Assembly (NCBI GenBank): GCA_038087875.1
Contig: CM075991.1
Span: 5,642,001-5,706,000 of the forward strand
Length of the DNA stretch: 64,000 bases
Source: Malacoraja senta
Taxonomy: Eukaryota
Direction: 5' to 3'
Positions 24,634 to 36,789 of this stretch are shown here, one piece after another (positions within the stretch are counted from its first letter, which is position 1; the number at the start of each line of letters is the position of its first letter). The notes under the pieces were generated by a model. That model worked only from the letters and a program-made list of their open reading frames with translations, was not told the origin of the DNA and made no database searches. The position numbers were made by a program, and so were the translations under genes.

Positions 24634-24994
24634 ATTCTATTTGAAATTCATTGTTCAGGTTAGAAATAATATTGTTCGCAGGAATAATTACATTTAAGAA
24701 ACTCTAACCTCGTGTCATAGAAATAGAGTTTGCAACATTCCCTTTTATAAAATGTGACAAAATACATTAAAATTAACAGTTCGTGTAATCCCTTGAGGAC
24801 AGAAATTCCTTGCGGAATGAGAAAAAAACATTTACGGTTGATGTTTGTTCAGTGGGCTGTGGCTGATGTGCCAGAGGTCACGCTAATTGTCTCAGAGGAA
24901 TGTCCTCTTTTGTATAAATGTATGCTAAATCAATCACCAGTACAGATGGACAGTTGGAAAGTTATGTGTGATTGTTCGCTGCTTCACATAGAAA

Positions 24995-26952
24995 ATGGAA
25001 TATCCAGCAATTTACTACATAGCCGCCACTTTCTACCCTGTACTTGTGGCGGTTGGTATTCCTGGTAAGATACTGGGACGAGTAGGTTTAGTTTTGTACA
25101 GAAAAACTGCGCGGAAAGAGGCCCTTCGATCAACCGAGTCCGCGCCAACCAGCAATCCCCGCACACTGACGGCACACGCTAGGGACAATTTACAATTGTA
25201 CCAAGCCAATCAGCCTACAAACCTGTGCATCTTTGGAGTGTGGGCGGATACCGGAGATCCCGGAGAAAAACCCAAGAAGATCACGGGGAGAATGTACAAA
25301 CTCCGTGCAGGATCAAACCCGGGTGGTTGGCGCTGCCAGGCAGCACATTTAACGCTGCGCACCGTGCCGCCCTGCGTGCAGTTCTCCTTCCTTTCTGTAT
25401 CTGCTGCTCTGAAGAATAGTCGCTTTGATACCCAGCCCAGATGCTGCCTCAGCTGACGAGTGTCTTCGGAAGGTTCAGGCTTCAGCGTCTGTTTTATTTC
25501 TGGCATTTTGTTCTTATTAATGTGTGGTTCTTTTGTCAATCAGGTCAGTTAATTTAGAGCTAATGTTTACATTTTTTCAGCATGTAACCGTATTCAAATT
25601 GGTTCTGGTGCATATTCTTCAAGCTCTGGGTCTCATTAATACAGACTTTTCCACCAAGAGTCAGCTAATGAGGAATGTATACATGTCTGTCAACATGCCT
25701 GTTGAATTATCACAACTAGCTGAAACACCTTCCGGGTTTTCGTTCTCTGATTCATTTGCCAGTTTTGATTTTATGACTGCGTTTCCACTTGCTACGTCTG
25801 ATATGTCGGAGGAAGCAGTTCTCCCTGAGTCTAATGCTCTCTGATACAAGTTAATTTCGATTGACGCAACGACTCGAAATGACTGTGATCAGTGCGTCGT
25901 AGACTTTAGGAGGCCGACTGTAAATTGCTGCAAATTACCGACACATCTGCCTCTTCGATCAGCACCGCTCTAAGTATTTCTCCGAACGGAAATTTGGTAA
26001 ACTGGATCAGGTATTTGCTCATTGAAACTAACGTTTTTTTTGGTTTCTTGCAGTTAATTTAACGGCGATTGTGATCCTCTCCCGGGGAAAATGTGGTCTC
26101 TCCAAATGCATCACCCGTTACCTAGTGGGAATGGCAACAGCGGATCTAATGGTAGTTGTCATTGTTGCTGCAATTGAACAAGTTAATTACATATACGTTT
26201 ACGCTAGTTCCTTGTTCATTGCACCGGTTTGCGCTCTGAACCTAGTACTAAGGGTTGTAACAATCGACTGTTCTGTTTGGTTCACCGTCAGTTTCACTTG
26301 CGATCGTTTTATGGCGATCTGTTGTCAAAAGCTACGTGAGCGCTACAGCACCGAGAGGGCAGCGTGTGTGATTATGGTGACTGTGGCTGTCGTCAGCTGC
26401 GCCCGGTCCATTCCCTTTTACTTTGCCGTGGAGCCTTCTGTCATAATTGACAACGTGCCTTGGCGTTGCGCCTTCTCAAAGGAGTACGCCACTTTGTCGG
26501 TTTGGAAAGGCTATGAGTTACTTGACAGCATCTTAGCACCGTTGTTACCGATCGGTTTAATCCTGTTGTTCAATGGGTTAACTTGCAGACATATCATAGC
26601 GGCCAATAGAGTTCGCAGACGACTTCGGAACAGCCATGAGAACAAGAAGGATACAGAGGTGGAGAACCGGAGAAAATCGATGATTTTGCTCTTCGCTGTA
26701 TCAGGCAATTTCATAATATTTTCGATACCCTATGTGGTTCATTCTCTGACATGGCAAGCATATAATTTCTTTTACACTGATAGATATTTGAGCAGCCCGG
26801 TATATATCCTGCAGCAGTTTGGATTTATGTTGCAGATTGTCAGTATGTGCACAAACACGTGTATCTATACACTGACACAGAGGAAATTCAGGGACCAGCT
26901 GAAGAGTGGAGTGAAATATCTACTCACATTGAATGGCCGATTATGTAGTTGA
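24995..26952 (+). CDS. GPR139/GPR142-like GPCR, copy 2, intact; exon 1 24995-25064, exon 2 26054-26952; 322 aa
   Basis: Same splice signals and exon lengths as copy 1 (70 and 899 nt); open frame; 17 amino-acid differences from copy 1 by manual comparison. Confidence 0.9.
25085..25372 (-). mobile_element. V-SINE in intron of copy 2
   Basis: Paralog of 828-1105. Confidence 0.75.
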
Positions 26953-27174
26953 CGTGTAACTCTGATAGCAACTTGGATGAAATTTCAAATAAATGTCTTT
27001 AACAATTCGTACGTTCGGTAAAATACCATAAAGTCAATGCAGGCCTGCGCTTGACAACCGAGAACTCGGTATACTCACGTCACGGTATTGGTCACGTTTG
27101 GAAAGTGTGGACACATGCTACCTGTTGCAGTTGTGATGTTGCATTGGTGGAATTATATTCCAAACCACTGGATC

Positions 27175-27925
27175 TTTTTCTTATTTTAATATTTAATTTT
27201 ATTAGAAGTAAGTACAGTCATATGGCACCAAAGTGCCTAATATATATTTGCATAATACATTTTATGTACATCTTTTTTTTATTATAATAAAGAAGAATAA
27301 GAAAAATAAATTAGATAATAAAGAATAGAAAAACGTGAGGTATAGTGTGTGAAAAAGAAAAAAAGAGAATGAAAGAGGAAAGTTGAAGAAAAGAGAATAG
27401 GAAAAAGAGTAAAAAATACAAATAAAAAGAAATAAGGAGATCATTATTTATAATCGACCATCCCCCACCCAGTCCTGAAACAGTTCGTTTCTACAATTAT
27501 GTTGTACTATATGATTCCAAAAAGACGACAAATGGAACTAACTCGTTAAGAATTGGTCTGATTTTTCTATTAGGAGGAATCACATTTCTTCAAGATGTGC
27601 GGTCCAACATGCTGGCGATCCACATTTTAAGCGTTGGTATTGGTGTATTTTTCCAAAATTTAAGTATTAGTTTTTTTTGCAATTATTAAACCATAATTAA
27701 AAAATAAATGTTGAGGTAAGTTCAATTTATTCCCATCTTCCATTACTCCAAATATAATAATTTCAGTATTAGGTTCCATTCCTATCTTGAATAATTTTGT
27801 AAATATATCAAAAATATCACTCGAAAATCTATAACGTTTTATGCACGAAACAAAAGAGTGTGTTATAGTTGCGTTTTGGGATATACATTTATCACAAATG
27901 GGGGATATATTTGGATAGAATTTGT
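27175..27925 (-). mobile_element. 3' fragment of the same L1 insertion, truncated by a rearrangement
   Basis: Matches about 2906-3660 (PNISPICDKC). Confidence 0.85.
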
Positions 27926-27937
27926 GATTTGGATAGA

Positions 27938-28163
27938 ACCCTATTTGGTTCATTCTCTGACATGGCAAACACGTAATTTCTTTTACATCGATAGATATTT
28001 GAGCAGCTCGGTATATATCCTGCAGAAGTTTGGATTTAAGTTGCAGATTGTCAGTATGTGCACAAACACGTGTATCTATACACTGACACAGAGGAAATTC
28101 AGGGATCAACTGAAGAGGGGAGTGAAATATCCACTCACATTGAATGGCCGATTATGTAGTTGA
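27938..28163 (+). pseudogene. GPCR fragment (TM6 end to C-terminus), fourth paralog; 3' flank extends to about 28385
   Basis: PYLVHSLTWQTRNFFY...TNTCIYTLTQRKFR...LCS*, fused directly to L1 sequence. Confidence 0.9.
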
Positions 28164-28618
28164 CGTGTTACTCTGATAGCAACTTGGATGAAATTTCAAA
28201 TAAATGTCTTTAACTATTCGTACGTTCGGTAAAATGCCACCAAGTCAATGAAGGTATGCACTTGATAACCGAGAACCCGGTATACTCACTTAAATTGGTC
28301 ACGTTTGGAAAGTGTAAACACATGCTGCCTGTTGCAGTTGTGATGTTGCCTTGGTGGAATTATATTCCAAACCACTGGATCTTTGATCGCTGCAACATAC
28401 TTTGAGATATCTGGAGAATATATTATAACTCAGAACTGGAACTCTGATGTCAGATGAATTGAACCGGAATATTTCGGTTTTCCATAGAATTACATCATTC
28501 CTGTGGACTAATGGTTCCTCAGTGAAACATTTCGCCGCTCATAACACAACTAAAATGTAGCAGCTGGTGAAAGAACACTCTAACGCGGAGATTGTAGTTT
28601 TTGCTTGTTTTAGTATAA

Positions 28619-28712
28619 ACTTGACTAAGTGGGACCCGCTGGGTCCCATGTTCACACGGGAGGGCTGGTCCCCCAACGCAATATTTCACCTCTATCCACC
28701 AATTCCAATATT
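28619..28712 (-). mobile_element. Possible Helitron 3' terminus
   Basis: Minus strand: hairpin GGGACCC-agc-GGGTCCC, 7-nt spacer, then CAAG|T, one change from the canonical CTAG|T. Confidence 0.4.
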
Positions 28713-28714
28713 AA

Positions 28715-30560
28715 TAAATGTCTCTGTAACCTTTTATCTTTGTCTTTCCCCAAAGCTAATTTTAAACTTACGTTTCTTGTTGTTTAGAAATCTCCCTCCC
28801 ATATATCTAACATGTATTTACCATAAATGTCCAGATTGAGTCCGCTCGTAAAATAAGTCGTAAGTTAAACTTTGGGAGACTTGCCTGCTAAACACAATGA
28901 CCAAAAGCACCTCTAATGCAAAATTGCAACGGATAAGAACGTAGACAGTACTAAAAAGGGCTATCATCCCCGACTGATAAGAATGCCCGCTCCTCAGCAG
29001 AATGTTTCATTTTTAGCTATTTTAACTACGTTCTATCTTGGCCATTTTCCCGTCATGCTCGCCAGTATGTGAGCTCCAGGGTTACTCAAACTATAACCTA
29101 CTCATCTTCCTTATAATTCTCACAACTCTCTACCTTTCCCCCTTTTGGCAATTGGTCACACCCAATTAATCCATATTTAACAGCACCCACTAATACACCT
29201 ACTGAAAATAATTGTTGTCTGTTAACCCCTCTTCCCACCTGCCTAACTAACATCAGGGTTTTCAACATCCTGTGAAACTAAAACAAGAACAAAGTAATCA
29301 CTATCAATAACTGTACAAAAACTAATCAAACGGTGCACGTTAGTATTCAGTCCCCAGTTCCAGGCTCTTCCCCACCAAGTCCATTTTCTCAATATGTCCT
29401 CTGCTTCTCTGCCATGCATCCCAATAGGCTTAGTGCTCTCAGGCCAGTCAAGTATAACCATTTCACCCTCCTTGGTCAGTGTCTTCCAATCGGAATGGAA
29501 GTGTGGTATTTGTTGAAGTTGGTTTGCGATAAATCTTCTTAATGTCTCGTCCGAGTCATTCCGCACGACAAAGAAGCTTACTGTTATAGATTTTCCCACA
29601 GACAGTACCATTAATTTCTTGTCTCGGATAGCGATCTGTCTCGTTAAACCCCGGTTTACAATATTATGCCAACGTAGAGTACATTTCCGAGCAATCGTTC
29701 AATGCCACTTAGCAGAGGCAGCGACCTAATATTTTCCCATTTATAGGCAACACTAGCAAAATAAGAATTAGGTTTTACCTCAATCGAAAGCTTACCATTA
29801 TATAGTGAATAAATCCACAACCATCATACTCATTATTTCTTATTTGATGACTCGGTCCAATATGATGCCCCTTGGTACTTTATCCATTATCACATTACTT
29901 TCAATAGCATTGTGCATTGTTATCGAAGCTCCTTGTTTATACTGCCCAATAATATGCAACTGGTGTAGGATAAATGTCTTATTCTTCAGCTGGCGTGGGA
30001 CATGGAGAACAACTGCAAAAATAAATGTTTCCTGAGCATCTTGGTATATCCGATCCACTTGCCTCGCTATAGACAACGATCATACGTGACAGTCATATTG
30101 CATATGTTGACTCCAATTTTCCAGTTGATGATTCGATATAAAATTGGGGACTTGGTGGGTAGATACCATTAGAATGCCACCATGCACCTGACACATTAGC
30201 CAGTTGGAATAAATACCACATACCTGTTCCCTACGCGCATTCTGAGAAATATTACTCAGTAGATTACTCAGTCTATCGTTCTGTTTATTGTGTCCTCATA
30301 GGGTTTAAGAATTTTATCTCCCGTAAGAAAGATTTGCAATGCTAAGTGTCTCGGCATCTTTAAATCCCAGTACGGCCACTTTACACATCTTCTTTCAAAC
30401 TGTTCTAATGTCACAATAAGTTCAGCTACATCCATCACATTAACCCGTGGATAACTCTGTTGCACATCCAGCGCCCATTATCTCTATAAATTCCCTTCAT
30501 GTTCTATGTGTTTTATTCATTTCAACTTCACGTTCCTTTCCACTTCCACTTCCACTTCTC
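28715..30560 (-). mobile_element. env: Endogenous retrovirus remnant: env from the cleavage site to the TM anchor, PPT and candidate 3' LTR start (29124)
   Basis: HRT*R/EFIEIMGAGCATELST at 30508-30446, heptad-like region, VVLHVP...LHQLHIIG, WWGRAWNWGLN and a hydrophobic tail. AAAAGGGGGAAAGGTAGAGAGT is followed by TGTGAG. Confidence 0.6.
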
Positions 30561-30564
30561 GAAT

Positions 30565-33270
30565 CAATGACAAGGAAAGATTGACAATGGACAACAGAGT
30601 AAGGTCAGGTCCAATTGCGAGCGGTGCGAGGGTGGAAGTGAATACGGAGGTCAAAGTACTGTGTATGAATGCGCGAAGTATATGGAATAAAGCGGACGAG
30701 TTTGAGGCTCAGTTAGAAACTGGCAAGTTTGATGTTGTGGGAATTACTGAGACATGGCTGCAAGGGGGCCAGGGCTGGGAACTGAATATTCAATGGTATA
30801 CCTCCTTACGAAAAGACAAACAGGTGGGCAGAGGGGGTGGGGTTGCCCTGTTGGTGAGGAATGGAATTCAGTCCCTTGCAAGGGTTGACATTGAAACACG
30901 AGATGTGGAGTCAGTATGGATAGAACTAAGGAATTGGAATGGTAAAAATACCCAAATGGGACTAATCTACAGGCCCCCAAACAGTAGCCTGGACATAGGG
31001 CGCAAGTTGAATCAGAAGTTAAAATTGGCATGCAGCAAAAGTAATGCTGTGGTTGTTATGGGAGATTTCAACGTGCAGGTAGACTGGGAAAATCAGGTTG
31101 GTACTGGACCCCAAGAAGGGGACTTTGTAGAGTGCCTTCGTGATGGATTCATCGAACAGCTTGTATTGGAGCCTACCAAGGAAAAGGCAATCTGGATTTA
31201 GTGTTATGTAATGAACCGGATTTGATAAAGGACCTCGAGGTTAATGAGCCATTTGGAGGCAGTGACCATAACATGGTCAGGTTTAATCCACAGTTGGAGA
31301 GGGCGAACAGTACATCGGAGGTGTCAGTGTTGCAGTTGTATAAAGGGGACTATGGGACCATGTGGGAGGAGCTGGCCAAAGTTGACTGGAAAGATACACT
31401 AGCAGGGATGACAGTGGAACAAAAATTGCAGGTGTTTCTAGGAATAATACAGAAGGTGCGGGATCAGTTCATTCCTAGGAGGAAGAATGATTCCAAGGGG
31501 AGAAAGGGACGACCATGGCTGATAACGGACGTCAGGGACAGTATAAAAATTAAAGCGAAGAAGTACAAGGTAGCAAAGATGAGCGGGAAGCAAGAGGATT
31601 GGGTAATGTTTAAAGAACAACAGAAGATAGCCAAAAAGGCAATACGGGGAGAAAAGATGAGGTACGAAGGGAAGCTAGCCAAGAATATAAAGCAGGATAG
31701 TAAAAGCTTCTTTAGGTATGTGAAGAGGAAAAAATTAGTTAAGACCAAAGTTGGACCCTTGAATACCGAAAAGGGTGAATTTATTATGGGGAACAAAGAA
31801 ATGGCAGATCAGTTGAACAAGTACTTGGGATCTGTCTTCACTAAGGAGGACACAAACAATCTTCCTGATTTAATAGTCGCCAGAGGGTCTGGGGTGACAG
31901 TGGAACTGAAGGAAATCCACATTAGGCAGAAAATGGTGTTGGATAGGCTGATGGGACTGAAGGCTGATAAATCCCCAGGGCCTGATAGTCAGCATCCCAG
32001 GGTACTTAAGGAAGTGGCTCTAGAAATCGTGGATGCATTGGTGATAATTGTCCAATGTTCTATAGACTCGGGATCAGTTCCTGTGGATTGGACGGTAGCT
32101 AATGTTATCCCACTTTTTAAGAAAGGCGGGAGAGAGAAAACGGGTAATTATAGACCACTTAGCCTGACATCGGTGGTGAGGAAGATGCTGGAGTCAATTA
32201 TAAAAAATGAGATAGCCGCACATTTGGATAGCAGTAACAGGATCGGTCCGAGTCAGCATGGATTTGCGAATGGGAAATCATGCTTTACTATTCTTCTGGA
32301 ATTTTTTGAAGATGTAACGAGGAAAATGGACAATGGAGAGCCAGTGGATGTAGTGTACCTGGACTTTCCGAAAGCATTTGATTAGGTCCCACATAGGAGA
32401 TTCAATTATGGCACATGGTATTGTGGGTAGAGTGTTGACATGGGTAGGGAAGTGATTAGCAGACAGGAAACAAAGAGTAGGGATTAACTGGTCCCTTTCA
32501 GAATGGCAGGCAGTGACAAGTGGGGTACCACAAAGCTCTGTACTGGGACCGAGGCTATTTACAATATACATCAATGATTTGGATGAAGGAATTCAAAGTA
32601 ACATTAGCAAATTTGCAGATGACACAAAGCTGGGTGGCAGTGTGAAGGGTGGGGAGGATTTTATGAGAATGCAGGGTGACCTGGGCAGGTTGGGAGAGTG
32701 GGCAGATGCATGGCAGATGAAGTTTAATGCGGATAAATGTGAGGTTATCCACTTTGGTAGCAAAAACAGGAAGACAGATTACTATCTAAATGGTGTCAAG
32801 TTGGGAAAAGGGGAAGTACAACGGGATCTGAGGGTCCTTTTATATCAGTCTATGAAAGTAAGCATGCAGTTACAGCAGGCAGTGAAGAAAGCAAATGGCA
32901 TGTTGGCCTTTATAACAGGAGGAATCGAATATAGGAGCAAAGAGGTCCGTCTGCAGTTGTACTGAGCCCTAGTGAGACCACATCTGGAGTATTGTGTGCA
33001 GTTTTGGTCCCCAATTTGAGGAAGTACATTCTTGCTATTGAGGGTGTGCAGCGTAGGATTACAAGATAAATTCCCGGGATGGCGGGACTGTCATATGCTG
33101 AGAGAATGGAGCAGCTGGGCTTGTGCACTATGGAGGATGTGCACACTGAGAAGGATGAGAGGGTATCTCATTGAAACATATAAGATTGTTAAGGGCTTGG
33201 ACAAACTAGAGGCAGAAACATGTTCCCGATGTTGAGGAAGTCCAGAACCAGGGGCCACAGTTTAAGAATA
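30565..33270 (+). mobile_element. CR1 LINE ORF2 (endonuclease and RT), disrupted, 3'-truncated
   Basis: CMNARS, GITETW, YRPP, GDFN, GSDHN, YLDFPKAFD and FADDTKL motifs; stops and frameshifts. Confidence 0.9.
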
Positions 33271-33288
33271 AGAATGTTTAAGAATTAT

Positions 33289-36200
33289 TTTCCTCTGCAT
33301 TGGTCCACGCTTGCTTCTGACATATTCGAGTAGCGTGGCAAACAGTATCTGGTTTTTGTTCACTCGTATTCGGGCTGGTTCGAAATCGACCTGCTCCAAA
33401 GCCCAACATCCGCTGCAGTAATCCAAAAGCTGGCGCGCCATTTCGCCATACACAGTGCCCCCGCACGCCACTTGTCAGATAACGGCAGTCAGTCAACTAG
33501 CCAGTGTTTTAGAAATTTTGCTCAACGACGGGATTTTCGCCATGTCACCAGCAGTCCAGAATTCCCACAATCAAGCGTACTTGCAGAACGGGCTGTCCGG
33601 AGCGCCAAGCAATTGATGGAGCGCTCACACGTTGCTAAATCCGATGTTTCACCTGCGAAACCTGCGAAACATCGCCTGTGACCCAATACTCGGGTCTCCT
33701 GCCCAACGCCTGATGTCCCGACATCCCGTGCTATACTTCCTGTGCCCCAACATCTACTGCAGCCACAGGTTCGTTCACCAATTGCCATCAGAAACAACTC
33801 GAACTGAAACGCGATACCCAAACACGATGTTTTGACCACTTAAACCTCTATCCAGTGGCCAAGTCACTCGCCTTCAAACCAACAAGGATTGGGCCGTTTG
33901 GGCTTCATCCACAATTCCGAAAAAGAGTCGCGCTCATGCCTGGTGAGTGCAGAGGGGGGATCTACAGGCGCAACCGTCAACATCTCCTTCCTGTCAAGGA
34001 ACCACGTCCTGCTGTCTCGTATCCGGATGCGACACGTTCGATCTACACATCTACTGACCGACTTTCTCCTCTCTCACGACGTGCAGCTGCAGACCAACCA
34101 TTGATTGTGACTCCAGCTCCCTCACCACCACGCTCGGTGCTCCGCCTGCCTGCCTCGCCGTGTTTGTCCCCCGGGTCCCCAGTGCTCCCGCCGCACGGTG
34201 AAGGGAGGAGATGCGGATCTGTACCGATGCGCGCGGGATGGGTTTGTAGGCCGCCCCTTAGATATGGGGACTTTGTTTGTATCAATAGTACGTATGCGCT
34301 ATTACCGTTTCGGTTACATTATTAATCAGTCAGCACCTAGTAACGTGCTTCTACATATATATCACTTTTTTGTAGATGTGTTTCACTTTATATTCTTACA
34401 AGAAAGATGTAGTTTTGTTACTTTACCTACTAACTAATGTAGTGCTTTATTATTTAAAGCCACACCTACTACCACGCCATTAATATTATGGCAACCCGAC
34501 ATGCGCTGTCAGTCAGTACTTCTGCATGATAGGAGTAACATGCTGAAGTGTTTTGTATACGTTTCTTAATAAACATTGTTAAACCAGATCTGTGAGTATG
34601 TGTGATTTACTCAACAAGCTTTTTGCCTGTTCCGCATCTCCTCCCGCTTACCTCAATGTTTTTCCGACTTGTTCCCGGAGCCGCGCTCCCATCGTTGTTG
34701 CCGCGGATCGCTCTCATGATCTCTGCCGGCCATGCTGGATCGGTGAATAAAGTGTCTACAAACAAATGGGTTATGCTAAAGTATAAGTTTAAAAGTGTTT
34801 TACGGTCGACGAGTGTTAGTGCTGATGTGCTAGTCTGAAAGATATTAAAAATATAACTGATAGTTTAAAAAACTCACAATCTCCACGGAGCTGCCATGAC
34901 TGCAACTGGAGCAGGCCGCGCCATCTTGAGAGGGCGTTCCTTCAGGAGCTGACTGTGACTGGACCCGTCGCGCCATCTCTTATACTTCTTTTACTTCGCG
35001 CATTCATATATAATACTTTTAATCCATTACTCGCCTCACCTTTCACATCGATTCTTATTTCACTTGGTCATACCTATCCCTTCGTGAGCTTTCTGCCCCG
35101 TTAATTCTGGTGTCTTTCTAAACTTTTCCTATCCTTTCTATCCCTTTAACTCGATCCTTATATTTCCAATATGGCTGCCCCCCCCCCCCCCACACACACA
35201 CACACACACACACCTCCCCCCACTATTTAGTTTACACCCACGTGTAGCAGTGGCAAACCGTCCTGGGATACTGAGTTGGATGAGGGATACTGAGTTGGAT
35301 GAGGGATACTGAGTTGGATGAGGGATACTGAGTTGGATGAGGGATACTGAGTTGGATGAGGGATACTGTTGGATGAGGGATACTGAGTTGGATGAGGGAT
35401 ACTGAGTTGGATGATCAGCCATGATCATATTGAATGGCGGTGCAGGCTCGAAGGGCCGAATGGCCTACTCCTGCACCTATTTTCTATGTATCTATGTATC
35501 TATGTCCTGCCAGTATGCTGGTCCACCGCCTGTTAAGGTACAACAAGTGCGTTCTGTACAACTCACCCTTACCTCAAAACAGATACCTGTGGTCTAAGAT
35601 TCTACATCCCTGCCTCCTGCATCAGCTCCTCAGCCACACATTCAGATCCCCTATCTCCCTGTTCCCGCCCTCACGAGCACAGGGAACTGGAAGCAAACCA
35701 GACATAACCACCCTGGAGGTCCTGTTTTCAGCCTTCTTCCGCGCTTTCTGAAGTCACGCTGCAGAATCTCTTTCCTCATTTCCCGCCGTCATTTGTGCCG
35801 ACATGCACTACCACTTCCGGCTGCTCACTTTCCGCCATGAGGATGCTCTGTAATCGGTCCATGGCGACCTGGATCTTGGCACCAAGGAGGCAACACACCT
35901 TCCTTGAATCCCGCCTGTTATCGCAGAAACCCCTGTCTGTACCTTTCGCGATCGTTCCCGATTACTGCGGCTCTGCCTGACGTCTGTCACTTCGGCTTTG
36001 CTTCAGCGCTACGATTTGACTCGCAGGCCTATCCCCCACTCAGAATGGCTGTCTCTTCTGTCCCGACAGCTTCCAAGAGGGTGAACCTGTTTTTCAAGAG
36101 GTACATCCCCCGGGGTCTCCTATACTCTCCACCTTCCTTCCCTTCGTCATCGTCACCCACCTTCTCTCTTCAGGTACCTTCGGTGTAACGATCTCGCTGT

Positions 36201-36780
36201 ATGCCCTGTCCAGCAAACCCTAGAGCAAGCCTTGCTTATATTGGCTGATAAATTGACCGATTAGCTAACTTACCATTTTTTGGTAATTACATTCCTCAGC
36301 CAATACCCTCACTCACTCTTTCACCTGCCGCTCCTCTGCCGACCTTGACTAACCTGCGCTTGGTCCCTATCCCTCCAAACCTGTATTAACCTTGCACCTG
36401 TCTAACTGTTTCATAAAGTATGGGATAGTCCCAGCCTCAACCACCTCTTCTGGCAGCTTGTACCACACACTCACTATCCTTTATGTGAAAAGGTTACCCC
36501 TCGGATTCCGATTCAATCATTTCCTTAAACCTAAGTCTTCTGGCAATCGATAGATCTATTCTGGGCCAGAGACTCTGTGCACCTACCCGATCTATTTCTC
36601 TCATGATTTTGTACACCTCTATAAGACCACCCGTCATCCTCCTGCTCTGCATGGAATAGACTACTCAACCTCTCCCTAAAGCTCACACCCTCCATTCCTA
36701 GCAACATCCTCATAAATCTTTTCTGAATATGACAATATCTTTCCTATAACATAGTGCCCAGAAATGGACACAATATTCTA
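33289..36780 (-). repeat. Inverted, more diverged duplicate of about 14715-18335 (Gypsy integrase, LTR 34408-34616, LINE fragments)
   Basis: Colinear reverse-complement match; retains a CR1 segment (35165-35955) that is deleted in units A and C. Confidence 0.9.
35266..35503 (+). mobile_element. Ultra-short CR1 3'-tail insertion with 8 tandem copies of a 19-nt unit at its 5' end
   Basis: GGGATACTGAGTTGGATGA x8 (one copy 17 nt), then CR1 3' UTR and (TATGTATC)n tail; TSD GTCCTG at 35260-35265 and 35504-35509. Confidence 0.85.
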
Positions 36781-36789
36781 GCTGCTCAG

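Noticed and set aside
27858..28163. Novel L1-GPCR chimeric protein
   Set aside because: Non-ATG start, antisense L1 sequence, only TM7 retained, and no promoter or splice support.
35265..35414. CRISPR-like array of 19-nt repeats
   Set aside because: No spacers, no cas genes, eukaryotic context; the unit is CR1 3' UTR sequence.
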